From Naegleria gruberi (Eukaryota): 64,000 nucleotides of DNA. Each line of letters begins with the position of its first letter. Position 1 is the stretch's first letter. Below are positions 1 to 10,409 of the stretch, piece after piece. The notes beneath the pieces were generated by a model. The model was not told the DNA's origin. It did no database searches and saw only the letters and a program-made list of their open reading frames with translations. The stretch is taken from assembly GCA_000004985.1 (NCBI GenBank), contig GG738883.1; one strand, 5' to 3'. The position numbers and the translations under genes were made by a program.

Positions 1-294
1 GACCCAAAAACCCAAACCCAAACCCAAACCCAAACCCAAACCCAAACCCAAACCCAAACCCAAACCCAAACCCAAACCCAAACCCAAACCCAAACCCAAA
101 CCCAAACCCAAACCCAAACCCAAACCCAAACCCAAACCCAAACCCAAACCCAAACCCAAACCCAAACCCAAACCCAAACCCAAACCCAAACCCAAACCCA
201 AACCCAAACCCAAACCCAAACCCAAACCCAAACCCAAACCCAAACCCAAACCCAAACCCAAACCCAAACCCAAACCCAAACCCAAACCCAAACC
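1..294. repeat. Terminal telomeric hexamer array (CCCAAA)n, i.e. G-strand TTTGGG; about 48 near-perfect units
   Basis: Seen directly: uninterrupted cccaaa units from base 1, slightly irregular first unit (gacccaaaaaccc). C-rich strand 5' at the window edge is the orientation expected for a left chromosome end. Ends in the junction aacccacgaccaaagccagacccaacccg before an N gap. Confidence 0.9.
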
Positions 295-378
295 CACGAC
301 CAAAGCCAGACCCAACCCGNNNNNNNNNNNNNNNNNNNNNNNNNNNNNNNNNNNNNNNNNNNNNNNNNNAAAAATAGT

Positions 379-1314
379 TTATTTGCTTGGTATGCGCACT
401 ATACGACCTTCAGCAATATTGACTTGTGTAGGAGTTTGTGTATTATAAAAACCATCCAGTAATTTTATCATTGTGGTGGTACTTGTTTGATTACTCTCAA
501 AAGATGCCTTATTCTTCATAGCAGCTTCGTAAATCATATCAGCCTTTTCTGTATCACTGTCTGTAGTTTCATAGTAAATAATAGATTCATGTGAAATCTT
601 ATTAACATTCTTTTTAAGGTCATTATCGACAACAGAACGTAGCTCCGTCACCACTTTCTTTTCAGCATCCCCATGTGGTTCCTTAACCAAACCGTTTTCC
701 CTTATTTTCGAAAAAATTTTTGTACCTGTCGCTGCTGCAAGAGTCGTACCAGAAACTGCCAGAACAAATTCAGAAGCACCTGTTACAGCTACACCAAACA
801 ATTGACCCCCTGGAACGACAAAAAGCAAACCACCTACAACAAAACCAGTTGCAGCAATAATTGCCATCCATTTTGCAACATGATTGGCGTTTGCTACTGT
901 TTTCTTCGCTTCATTGTACGCTTTAATATGTTCTGCTTGGGAATCGCCAACATCGCTTAGGAAATCATCACAGTTTGTAATAAATGTTTGCATATCTCTG
1001 GAAATATCACCCAAACTGGTCAGTATTTGTCCATTACATTCGTTATTCATCTTCACTACAATTTTATATCTATTCTTATTGTAATGATCGATAATTGAAG
1101 TACAGAAACGCGTCCCAGTATCTGACAATTCTGCAGTGCATCGTGTGATAGTATAGGCAGATTTAAGAATAATAGCTAGCTTTTCTTTTTGCTCTTTGCT
1201 GAGTTTTGAGTACTTTTGCAAGCTATCAATGGCTGTGTTCATATCACCAATATTTTTAGCTGCTGTTTTAATAACAAAATCAAACGCTACACTGTACAAT
1301 TTATCCTTGTCCAT
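379..1314 (-). CDS. Hypothetical 311-aa helical protein with a central ~48-aa Gly/Ala-rich hydrophobic hairpin (alpha-helical pore-forming-toxin-like / membrane-insertion architecture)
   Basis: ATG confirmed at 1314-1312 (cat on plus). Long uninterrupted ORF. Amphipathic charged helices flank WMAIIAATGFVVGGLLFVVPGGQLFGVAVTGASEFVLAVSGTTLAAATGT. No signal peptide. Product call is inference from composition only. Confidence 0.55.
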   Translation of the reverse strand: MDKDKLYSVAFDFVIKTAAKNIGDMNTAIDSLQKYSKLSKEQKEKLAIILKSAYTITRCTAELSDTGTRFCTSIIDHYNKNRYKIVVKMNNECNGQILTSLGDISRDMQTFITNCDDFLSDVGDSQAEHIKAYNEAKKTVANANHVAKWMAIIAATGFVVGGLLFVVPGGQLFGVAVTGASEFVLAVSGTTLAAATGTKIFSKIRENGLVKEPHGDAEKKVVTELRSVVDNDLKKNVNKISHESIIYYETTDSDTEKADMIYEAAMKNKASFESNQTSTTTMIKLLDGFYNTQTPTQVNIAEGRIVRIPSK

Positions 1315-1575
1315 TTTTTTATAAATATTTTACAACAATCCAAACCTCCAAACACACAATAAAACACGCTAAAGCNNNNNNNNNNNNNNNNNNNNNNNNN
1401 NNNNNNNNNNNNNNNNNNNNNNNNNNNNNNNNNNNNNNNNNNNNNNNNNNNNNNNNNNNNNNNNNNNNNNNNNNNNNNNNNNNNNNNNNNNNNNNNNNNN
1501 NNNNNNNNNNNNNNNNNNNNNNNNNNNNNNNNNNNNNNNNNNNNNNNNNNNNNNNNNNNNNNNNNNNNNNNNNNN

Positions 1576-2050
1576 CCAAACCAAACCCAAACCCAAACCC
1601 AAACCCAAACCCAAACCCAAACCCAAACCCAAACCCAAACCCAAACCCAAACCCAAACCCAAACCCAAACCCAACCCAAACCCAAACCCAACCCAAACCC
1701 AAACCCAAACCCAAACCCAAACCCAAACCCAACCCAAACCCAAACCCAAACCCAAACCCAAACCCAAACCCAAACCCAAACCCAAACCCAAACCCAAACC
1801 CAAACCCAAACCCAAACCCAAACCCAAACCCAAACCCAAACCCAAACCCAAACCCAAACCCAAACCCAAACCCAAACCCAAACCCAAACCCAAACCCAAA
1901 CCCAAACCCAAACCCAAACCCAAACCCAAACCCAAACCCAAACCCAAACCCAAACCCAAACCCAAACCCAAACCCAAACCCAAACCCAAACCCAAACCCA
2001 AACCCAAACCCAAACCCAAACCCAAACCCAAACCCAAACCCAAACCCAAA
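1576..2050. repeat. Second (internal) telomeric (CCCAAA)n tract, same orientation as the terminal tract, with a few CCCAA variant units
   Basis: Seen directly after the N gap ending at 1575. Variants cccaacccaaa near 1670-1730. Terminates in aacccacgactaaagtcagacccaacatttt, which matches the junction at 290-319 at 26 of 28 positions. Confidence 0.9.
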
Positions 2051-4980
2051 CCCACGACTAAAGTCAGACCCAACATTTTGACTTTTATTCATCTTAATTC
2101 ATTATCTCAACAAATACTCATTATAAATCAATATATTATATATCAATATACTCCAAATTGAATATATAATCATATAATAACATAATATTACATCATTATT
2201 ATGACTTATATAAGTTAATTTCATATAATAGATTAGACAATTAGAATATCAATGAAAACATTTCAAAATCATTTCAAATCAATATATCACCTTATAAATC
2301 ATGTTGATAACAATATATATCAATTTCACATACTTTGTTATCATATCAGGGAATTAACTATTCAACTTGTCAACTGACCTATACTAACATTGAAGATAGA
2401 AATCTGTACCACTACAATTCACTTCCAATACATCTATACATGATAATTAAATATATCTATATGATTCAGAAGATCATCCATATCATACATGGTACATGGC
2501 TTATCCACTTGATACCTACAGGGATGTGACAATGACATCTACTATACAGATCATCATATAATTGATACAGTACCTTGCTAATGATGAATAAACACCACTG
2601 TATCAGTCTCATGACAATTTGAACTCATTCAACATGTCAGGAGTGTAATCATGAGAATTATGAATATCAAGAAAATGAAATCATATTAATTTTAAAATCT
2701 TTCAATTATAATATCATATATAGATCAATTTAACATGGTATATCAATAATTGGTATTGAATTTCATATCANNNNNNNNNNNNNNNNNNNNNNNNNNNNNN
2801 NNNNNNNNNNNNNNNNNNNNNNNNNNNNNNNNNNNNNNNNNNNNNNNNNNNNNNNNNNNNNNNNNNNNNNNNNNNNNNNNNNNNNNNNNNNNNNNNNNNN
2901 NNNNNNNNNNNNNNNNNNNNNNNNNNNNNNNNNNNNNNNNNNNNNNNNNNNNNNNNNNNNNNNNNNNNNNNNNNNNNNNNNNNNNNNNNNNNNNNNNNNN
3001 NNNNNNNNNNNNNNNNNNNNNNNNNNNNNNNNNNNNNNNNNNNNNNNNNNNNNNNNNNNNNNNNNNNNNNNNNNNNNNNNNNNNNNNNNNNNNNNNNNNN
3101 NNNNNNNNNNNNNNNNNNNNNNNNNNNNNNNNNNNNNNNNNNNNNNNNNNNNNNNNNNNNNNNNNNNNNNNNNNNNNNNNNNNNNNNNNNNNNNNNNNNN
3201 NNNNNNNNNNNNNNNNNNNNNNNNNNNNNNNNNNNNNNNNNNNNNNNNNNNNNNNNNNNNNNNNNNNNNNNNNNNNNNNNNNNNNNNNNNNNNNNNNNNN
3301 NNNNNNNNNNNNNNNNNNNNNNNNNNNNNNNNNNNNNNNNNNNNNNNNNNNNNNNNNNNNNNNNNNNNNNNNNNNNNNNNNNNNNNNNNNNNNNNNNNNN
3401 NNNNNNNNNNNNNNNNNNNNNNNNNNNNNNNNNNNNNNNNNNNNNNNNNNNNNNNNNNNNNNNNNNNNNNNNNNNNNNNNNNNNNNNNNNNNNNNNNNNN
3501 NNNNNNNNNNNNNNNNNNNNNNNNNNNNNNNNNNNNNNNNNNNNNNNNNNNNNNNNNNNNNNNNNNNNNNNNNNNNNNNNNNNNNNNNNNNNNNNNNNNN
3601 NNNNNNNNNNNNNNNNNNNNNNNNNNNNNNNNNNNNNNNNNNNNNNNNNNNNNNNNNNNNNNNNNNNNNNNNNNNNNNNNNNNNNNNNNNNNNNNNNNNN
3701 NNNNNNNNNNNNNNNNNNNNNNNNNNNNNNNNNNNNNNNNNNNNNNNNNNNNNNNNNNNNNNNNNNNNNNNNNNNNNNNNNNNNNNNNNNNNNNNNNNNN
3801 NNNNNNNNNNNNNNNNNNNNNNNNNNNNNNNNNNNNNNNNNNNNNNNNNNNNNNNNNNNNNNNNNNNNNNNNNNNNNNNNNNNNNNNNNNNNNNNNNNNN
3901 NNNNNNNNNNNNNNNNNNNNNNNNNNNNNNNNNNNNNNNNNNNNNNNNNNNNNNNNNNNNNNNNNNNNNNNNNNNNNNNNNNNNNNNNNNNNNNNNNNNN
4001 NNNNNTATATATATGATAAATTCAATTATTTCAATTATATATCATAAATCATGATAATTAGACATGTATCAATCAGTGGAATTAAGTCATGTAAGATATT
4101 CATCCTTCAATAACCAATATTGTCATTTTCACACAAGTTGACTTCCTACAGTCTGAATATGGATCCAATAATGATTATTTCAATTATATATGATTATATT
4201 TGACATTTACTACAATATCTATGAGTTAATATAAATGGGAGAGTATTTCCATAGTATGGCTCAATATCTTGGTCAATTAAGGTAGAACGAGTACAGTATA
4301 CTAAGGATATCATATGTTATACTTCCAACAATTCTACAAGGTAGATATCATCATAATACATCATATATATGAGATTGGTGATGATTCTAATAACATTCAT
4401 ATAATAGTACAATAAATGTTGAAAAGTTAATTTTTAGACATGTTGTAGTTTATTTAATATACCGATTCAACAAGATTAATTCATAATATCGTCTATTCAT
4501 ATATATATCTACAATATATCAAAAGTTTCATTCTGGCCCAACTTTGAAATTTTCAACTTTGTCAGACCCAAGGTAGGTTCAACCCATGGGGTCACTTTAG
4601 GACTCAATTATCTCGGGAACGGCGAATTAAAAAAATTAGTATTTTCTATCATTTCTTCCAAAACTCATATAGATTGATATTTGAGTGAATCATAACCCGG
4701 AACGTTCTCGTCGCAGAGATAATAGATATACTAGGAATTTTTGAGTTGACCATTTTTGATTATCTCAATAACTACGGGGAGTTTTTTCACGTGTATTACA
4801 GAATAGATATATTAATGTATTTAATAATACATATATAAGAACTGGATAGCCAATATTAGCCGTTCGTTTTATGTGATTAGGTTTTCGCCATACCCAAACC
4901 CAAACCCAACCATTAATCATTTAGCTGAATTGGGTCTTGCGTAGGTTTATTTTTTCTTAATATATATATATATTTGTAGA

Positions 4981-5556
4981 ATGAAAATAGCAACGTATTA
5001 TAGAACACTAGAAGAACTACTTGAGGACGAAAAACTTATTACTCAAAACATTCTCTTGACATGCTTATTCATTTGGCATCCAGATAATTTCGATCTTGAC
5101 TTTGCCCGAAAACGACTGTCAAGAGACTCCAAAAGTCTTCAAAATCATCACTACACTGCAATTGGTGGCTCTTTTAATAGAATGGTCAAACCTATCAGCA
5201 TCAAAAACTTCAAAGCTTTTTTAAAAGTTGTTCTTGAATTGGGTAATGAATATTTCGAACTTTATTCCGAAACATTTAGTAATGTTGAACCATTCGATCC
5301 AAGCTACGGTTATTGGTGGGCCAGCCAAAGTACTTCTGATCTTTTAAATTTATACAACAATCCGATTAGACCAATTCCGAACCACCCTAATGATTTTACT
5401 TGCATGTCAAAATATCGAACTTTAACTATTTTACCACAAATAATCAATAGTACAGAAGGATTATTTGAAGTATTATTCAAATTAATGAACAAATATTCCA
5501 CCGAAAACCTGATGTTTATTAAGGTTGATGTTAACATCTACTTGCGGATTTTTAAG
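4981..5556 (+). CDS. Hypothetical protein, exon 1 (ATG at 4981; gtaagt donor at 5557)
   Basis: ATG verified. ORF is in phase up to aag|gtaagtg at 5554-5563. Downstream read-through in the ORF track (RIFKVSVPCS...) is intron. Confidence 0.5.
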
Positions 5557-5601
5557 GTAAGTGTTCCTTGTTCAAATATATATATATATTTGCAAAAATA
5601 G

Positions 5602-5865
5602 ATTCTATATGTACTAGAAGAACTAAATGTTCTTCCTGAATGGAACAAAAAACTTGTAGTTATTCATGGCCCTTGGCATACTTTTAAAATGTGTTGTATT
5701 ATTGTTTGGAGATTGTATGCTGAGAACTTCTTGTTAAGAATTGTTGCAAGAATTTATCCAAAAGTTAATGCATATTTTAAACAATCACTACCTCTACAAT
5801 ATCTTGTTGATATTATCAACATCATAACTCTTGCGTTTAGATATGTGAATATTGAAATTGACTAA
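5602..5865 (+). CDS. Hypothetical protein, exon 2 (acceptor aaaaatag at 5594-5601; stop taa 5863-5865)
   Basis: Hand translation in phase 0 from the donor gives ILYVLEELNVLPEWNKKLVVIHGPWHTFKMCCIIVWRLYAENFLLRIVARIYPKVNAYFKQSLPLQYLVDIINIITLAFRYVNIEID then stop. No recognisable family. Confidence 0.45.
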   Translation: MLYVLEELNVLPEWNKKLVVIHGPWHTFKMCCIIVWRLYAENFLLRIVARIYPKVNAYFKQSLPLQYLVDIINIITLAFRYVNIEID

Positions 5866-5999
5866 AGTACCGAGTTAGGAAAGAACCTTCATGCACTACT
5901 AGAACTCTACCTTCCAGCTTTAAGAGATTTTTATTGTGCTCTCAGAACTAACGATTACTCAGTGTACAACAAATGCAAAGACGTACTTTTGTATTTGTT

Positions 6000-6048
6000 A
6001 TATTTCTCCAAAAGAAACAATAAAACAATCGTTGATAAACCAATGGGT
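6000..6048. repeat. Retroelement short repeat B2 (49 bp, identical to 6666-6714), about 490 bp beyond A2
   Basis: Exact 49-bp identity found by reading both regions. Its placement suggests the element boundary is near 5997-6000. Confidence 0.7.
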
Positions 6049-6536
6049 AGAAGCTCACTCAACATATTCTTCATCCAAAGGATGAGGTATGTTGCTCAGA
6101 AATGCTGCCTTTTAGGTCATTGACTTTATTCAGCATTGTCCCGAGTTAATAAAGTTGTTTACAAAATCGAGATTGAAGTAGAACAACTCCCCTATAAAAA
6201 ACCTGCATTGCAGGAAAAAATCGGTAAAAACTCCAATCCATTAAAGTTTTAAAAGGTGAATTGCTTGTAAAAAAATGCCTGGTAATTTCCATCAGAAATA
6301 TTTTTTGAAAAAATAAATCTGGCTTACTTTACGAGCATATTTCGAATTATTCAAATGATGTTAGTTAGAAATAAAAATTATTGTATCACAAGGTGATACT
6401 AATCCTGCATCCATAGAAGGATCACTTACCAAGATCGATCTAAAAGACAAAGAGGAAAAACACTCAAGGAGTGAAATACTAATTGAAGGAATTCAAGGAA
6501 TTCCTGAAGTTTCAAATAAGGGAACGGGTGGGTGGG

Positions 6537-6666
6537 TCGCCTTGCTTGGTGTTTGAACCATTTCAATATACTTAATTTTTTTGAGCATAAAATTATTTAT
6601 CAACTCAATTTTATTGTTTACAATTTGTCGAAATACTAACGTTACATCGTTCCTCGCAACTCTACA
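6537..6666. repeat. Retroelement direct repeat A2, immediately abutting repeat B1 (6666-6714)
   Basis: Same 130-bp unit as 10385-10514. Followed without gap by atatttctccaaaagaaacaataaaacaatcgttgataaaccaatgggt, which is repeated at 6000-6048. Confidence 0.85.
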
Positions 6667-6713
6667 TATTTCTCCAAAAGAAACAATAAAACAATCGTTG
6701 ATAAACCAATGGG

Positions 6714-7750
6714 TTAGTCCAGAGAAAATAAGGTGTCTGTGAAATTCTTGCCAGCAAGACCCTCAGATCGTAGATAAGGAAATAAACTGTTGGTTTTCTT
6801 ATGTCTTGCACCAACCATGAGATCTGAAGTAGAAACACCTTTTCTAAGTCCTTCTGTGATGGCTCCAATTCTAATGCTGTGCCCAGAAACTCTCACATCT
6901 TGGTCAACCATACCCACCGCATTCTTGAGTATCTTAGAAATATCATTTGAATCAAGGAATTTGTTGTTTTCGTAGGAAAACAAAGGAGAATCGTCATCTT
7001 TAAATTCACGAACCAAATCCATATACGAATTTAGTAGGGTTATTGGGCAAAGACTTGGATTCTTTGTATTCTTGTCAATAGTAATTGGTTTTTCAATAAG
7101 GAAGAAATCAGTTTTGTGACCACTGAGGTCAATTTTGATTTTTCCATTCTTGAGAACCTTGATATAGGACCATTTTAAGCGCGCAACCTCACCAGGTCTT
7201 GCAAATAGTCTGAAACCAACCACTAGAATAGCAGAAGTGAGTCGAAAAGTGAAATTGTCCACTTTGTCTTTGCACTTCACATAATCAGTCAAATGTTTGA
7301 CTGTAATTGGATCTCTTTGAAGAGAAACTTTATCCGAGAGTGTATAAAGTTTCAGTACACCTTTTTTAACCTTAGAGTAGGAGGCAGAGATGGTAATGGG
7401 TTTGCCATCAAGGTTAGCAAAGAATTGAATTGCTGCTTGCACAGTTTTTGCTTTGTATCCTTGAATATTTATCAAGAGGTATGAGATGTAATATTCAATA
7501 GCTATAGGATCATCAATGGTGAGATCAAACACATTGATAAACCAGAGAAAACCACCATAAATTCTATTATAAGTTCTGAATGTTTTCTCAGCTATTGATG
7601 AAAGGATACTAAGATCCCTTATTGCTTGAACAACTTGCCATGCACTTGAACAACCAGGAAATTGGAAGTCTCGAACTTGTCTTGCAACTCTGACAAGGGC
7701 GTTATTATAAGCATCTTTCGGGAAACAGGTATTATCCTTTCTGATATCTT
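6714..7750 (-). CDS. Retroelement tyrosine recombinase (approximate span; C-terminal third of the 6714-8603 ORF)
   Basis: C-terminal region carries the YR catalytic pattern: ...ARPGEVARL... (Arg), ...HSIRIGAITEG... (H-x-x-R), ...SLFPYLRS (Tyr). The upstream two thirds of this ORF is an R/S-rich alternate frame of the RNase H region and is probably not translated in this frame. The 5' boundary is uncertain. Confidence 0.6.
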
Positions 7751-8599
7751 TAGCAAGACTGGAAACCATATCGAAGAGGGCCAGTCTGGAACTACAAATG
7801 TCGCTTTCGCTTCTGATTTTATGCAATGAACTAGAGCTTGAGATATCAGACCCAGAGGAGGAACACAATAACTCATCAGATTTTGTTCCCATGGATTCAA
7901 GAATGTGTCGTTCTCTATCCATGAGTTGAATTGAATTGTTGTGGTTGATTCCGATGTCGCGAATCTGTCCACATGGTGCTCTCCAAATTCTGTCTGAACT
8001 AGATGCAGTAGTTCTTGAGATGATTTCCATTCTGTTAAGCGACTCAGTCTGTCTGCTAGATTGTTCTCCTTTGAGGGAATGTAAATCACCTTTGAAATCC
8101 ACCATTTTCTTCTCATCAAGATCTTGTAGAGGTCTCTGGCGATTTGAGAGAGTTCTTCTATGACTCCGTAACCTCTCCTTATATAGGAAATTGCTGTAAC
8201 ATTGTCGCCTCTGATTTCGAATGCTTGTCCAGGACCATAAAGGTTTAACCGATCTGCTTGTGTGAAGAAAATGAGGAGTGTTTTTAACTCTTTCACATTG
8301 ATGTGTTCTGAGGAAGTGAATCTTCCAATTGTAATGGTTGACTCTGCGTGAATTCCATAGCCTGTTGGGCAGGCATCTGAATTCACTCGAATTGGGTTCG
8401 TTGAATTCAGTTCGAAGGGAATTCCACTGTTTTTCTGAATCAGATCTTTCAAAATATTTAGATCCTTCGCTGCACCTCTGAATATTCTCATTGATGCGTG
8501 CCAAGATTTGTCGTTTACTACTTTCACCATATCCTTCCGAAGACGAGCAAGAAAGGGAGCAAAGTAATGGTTTGCAGTACCCTGTATTCGTTGTTCCAA
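7619..8599 (-). CDS. Retroelement pol, RNase H plus conserved post-RNase-H domain typical of DIRS-group elements
   Basis: RNase H catalytic pattern DACPTGYG ... NVKELK ... IRGDNVTAISY ... ENNLADRLSR, then NPWEQNLMSYCVPPLGLISQALVHCI...FVVPDWPSSIWFPVLL. Confidence 0.65.
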   Translation of the reverse strand: MEQRIQGTANHYFAPFLARLRKDMVKVVNDKSWHASMRIFRGAAKDLNILKDLIQKNSGIPFELNSTNPIRVNSDACPTGYGIHAESTITIGRFTSSEHINVKELKTLLIFFTQADRLNLYGPGQAFEIRGDNVTAISYIRRGYGVIEELSQIARDLYKILMRRKWWISKVIYIPSKENNLADRLSRLTEWKSSQELLHLVQTEFGEHHVDRFATSESTTTIQFNSWIENDTFLNPWEQNLMSYCVPPLGLISQALVHCIKSEAKATFVVPDWPSSIWFPVLLKISERIIPVSRKMLIITPLSELQDKFETSNFLVVQVHGKLFKQ

Positions 8600-8860
8600 C
8601 CAAATTTTTTTAGAGTCGAGCCAATTTTATAAATATTTTAATATTATTTATTCTTCTGATGATATTTCGTCGCCACTTTATTCATCACTTCCACTTTGTG
8701 GATTCTGATGCATCATCTTCCTCATATTCTGATCCGCTGGTAGTATCGTCTTGGTAAATTCTTGGAAAGCTTTTGGAGTTTATGGTTTGATGGTTGGTAT
8801 TTCATCATCAACAGGAAGAAGATTCCAGTCAAAGAAACTTCCTGATGATGGGTTGTTGTA

Positions 8861-9514
8861 TTAATTTTCTAGCCAACTGCCATGTTGTTCAGTTGCTTCC
8901 AAATACCAGCTTGTGATTNNNNNNNNNNNNNNNNNNNNNNNNNNNNNNNNNNNNNNNNNNNNNNNNNNGGAAGTAACCTTCTTCAGGTCTATCTTTGTTG
9001 CCCACATTCCCTTCTGAACAAATTTCAAACATCTTTGAATGTTGTCCATCTTGAAGGAACTGTCCTTTATTCCTAAATTGACCTTCCTTAGGTCTAGAAT
9101 AAAGCGAAATTGATCCGAACCCTTCTTGGGTACAATGTTTATTGGGTTCAATATTGTTGAACTGTTTCCAATCTCTATTACATTGGAACTCAGCATCTCT
9201 TGGATTTCCTGATCCATCCAAGAGGTTTCCTTTGGAGAGAAATTCTTCCTTTGTTTGAATTCTTTCCAAAGGGTGGGATTTGAGTAGATTGGGACTCCAT
9301 TTCGAATCCAATCCACTATAAATGGGTTGAAGTTGTAACTCTCCCACTGAGGTACAAACTTGTTGAGACGGCAACCTACCAAGTCAGAGGTCTTGTTTGA
9401 AAGCTCCTCCACCATTGTTATTGTACTTTGGCTTGGAATCTCCTGACTTTTGAAAAGAGGAACCACTCTTGTTGTAATTGTTGAATGGCTTTGAATAGCT
9501 GTTAGGGATGCCAC
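8861..9514 (-). CDS. Retroelement pol, reverse-transcriptase N-terminal region (interrupted by N gap 8919-8968)
   Basis: Motif PKKGSDQFRFILDLRKVN (RT domain 1-2, F..DLR..N) seen in the translation. The gap explains the truncation. Confidence 0.6.
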   Translation of the reverse strand: MASLTAIQSHSTITTRVVPLFKSQEIPSQSTITMVEELSNKTSDLVGCRLNKFVPQWESYNFNPFIVDWIRNGVPIYSNPTLWKEFKQRKNFSPKETSWMDQEIQEMLSSNVIEIGNSSTILNPINIVPKKGSDQFRFILDLRKVNLGIKDSSFKMDNIQRCLKFVQKGMWATKIDLKKVTSXXXXXXXXXXXXXXXXXITSWYLEATEQHGSWLEN

Positions 9515-10409
9515 CTTGATGAGAGGACGGTTTTTGAAACTTTTCTTTCATCTTTAGAGGTTTTTGGATCTTGCTGGTAATGGCATGCTTTACTACAGAT
9601 TTCTCTCTCTTCTTTTGGCGAGCTTTTTCTGTTATATCAGCAAACGTGTTGCTTTGGATGAAGGGTTGAATAAATTGGTTCGCAACATCAAAGTTACTTT
9701 CGAATAAACCTTCTTCTAAAAAGATTTTCTCAACCTCAGAGAGAAGAAACACCAACTCAGTGATTTCAATGATGTTGGTTACATTTAATGGATGGCTCAG
9801 AGCAAACTGAAGTAATTTAGACTTCAAATGTAACATTTCCATCATCTTTTGCAAGCCTTTGGATTGAATTTCTTGCAGACGAGGATAGTTACGAGAGTTG
9901 TGAATGACAGATTCAAATCGAGCCATCAAAACTTGAACTCTATTCAACAACGCCTCATTGGAAGAGTAATGACGAAGTGTTTTGGCTGAGACAAAACTTA
10001 AGACATCTCCATCGGATAGTCTATCACCAACTTCGTAGTTACGTCTAATCTCCTTGATAGTAGTTAGACCCCAATGTTTACCAGTGAAATCCTCATCAGC
10101 GGATTCCTCATCAGGGTCTTCATCAAGTTGATTAGCTTGTTGCAGAACAGGAGGAACAGCTTCGAGATGCTTTATTCTCTCACCCAAAGAAGTGATGGCG
10201 TTGAGAATAGCATCAAGGTTCTTTTCAGAACCAGCTTGGTTGTTATCCAAGGTTTTGGATGTTGGGTCAACCACAGAGGGGAGTGAAGCTGAGCTACCAT
10301 TGTCAGTTACTGGGATGTAACCTGACTTGTAGGTAGAAGTTGAGGATTTGCTTGCTGAAACTCTTTGACGAATGTTGGAAATATTCGCCTTGCTTGGTGT
10401 TTGAACCAT
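9384..10409 (-). CDS. Retroelement ORF1, gag-like (coiled-coil-rich; C-terminal basic/Gly-rich tail)
   Basis: First ATG in the ORF is cat at 10407-10409 (MVQTPSKANISN...), inside repeat A1 and 150 nt downstream of the non-ATG start reported by the ORF track. Protein is helical with a KSGDSKPKYNNNGGGAFKQDL tail. Confidence 0.55.
   Translation of the reverse strand: MVQTPSKANISNIRQRVSASKSSTSTYKSGYIPVTDNGSSASLPSVVDPTSKTLDNNQAGSEKNLDAILNAITSLGERIKHLEAVPPVLQQANQLDEDPDEESADEDFTGKHWGLTTIKEIRRNYEVGDRLSDGDVLSFVSAKTLRHYSSNEALLNRVQVLMARFESVIHNSRNYPRLQEIQSKGLQKMMEMLHLKSKLLQFALSHPLNVTNIIEITELVFLLSEVEKIFLEEGLFESNFDVANQFIQPFIQSNTFADITEKARQKKREKSVVKHAITSKIQKPLKMKEKFQKPSSHQGGIPNSYSKPFNNYNKSGSSFQKSGDSKPKYNNNGGGAFKQDL

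Noticed and set aside
673-1084. Antisense ORFs 673-960 and 884-1084
   Set aside because: They lie inside and opposite the well-supported 379-1314 gene and are Cys/Phe-rich junk frames.
1287-2092. ORF-track proteins 1287-1691, 1319-2092 and 1369-2076 (poly-GF/GL/WV translations)
   Set aside because: They are translations of the CCCAAA repeat and an N run, not genes.
2750-4054. 434-aa and 420-aa ORFs made almost entirely of X
   Set aside because: Artefacts of the 2771-4005 N gap.
6790-10286. Small ORFs 6790-6975, 7293-7484, 7936-8163, 8882-9076, 8889-9374, 10074-10286
   Set aside because: They are antisense or alternate frames inside the retroelement's gag/pol/YR ORFs and carry no motifs.
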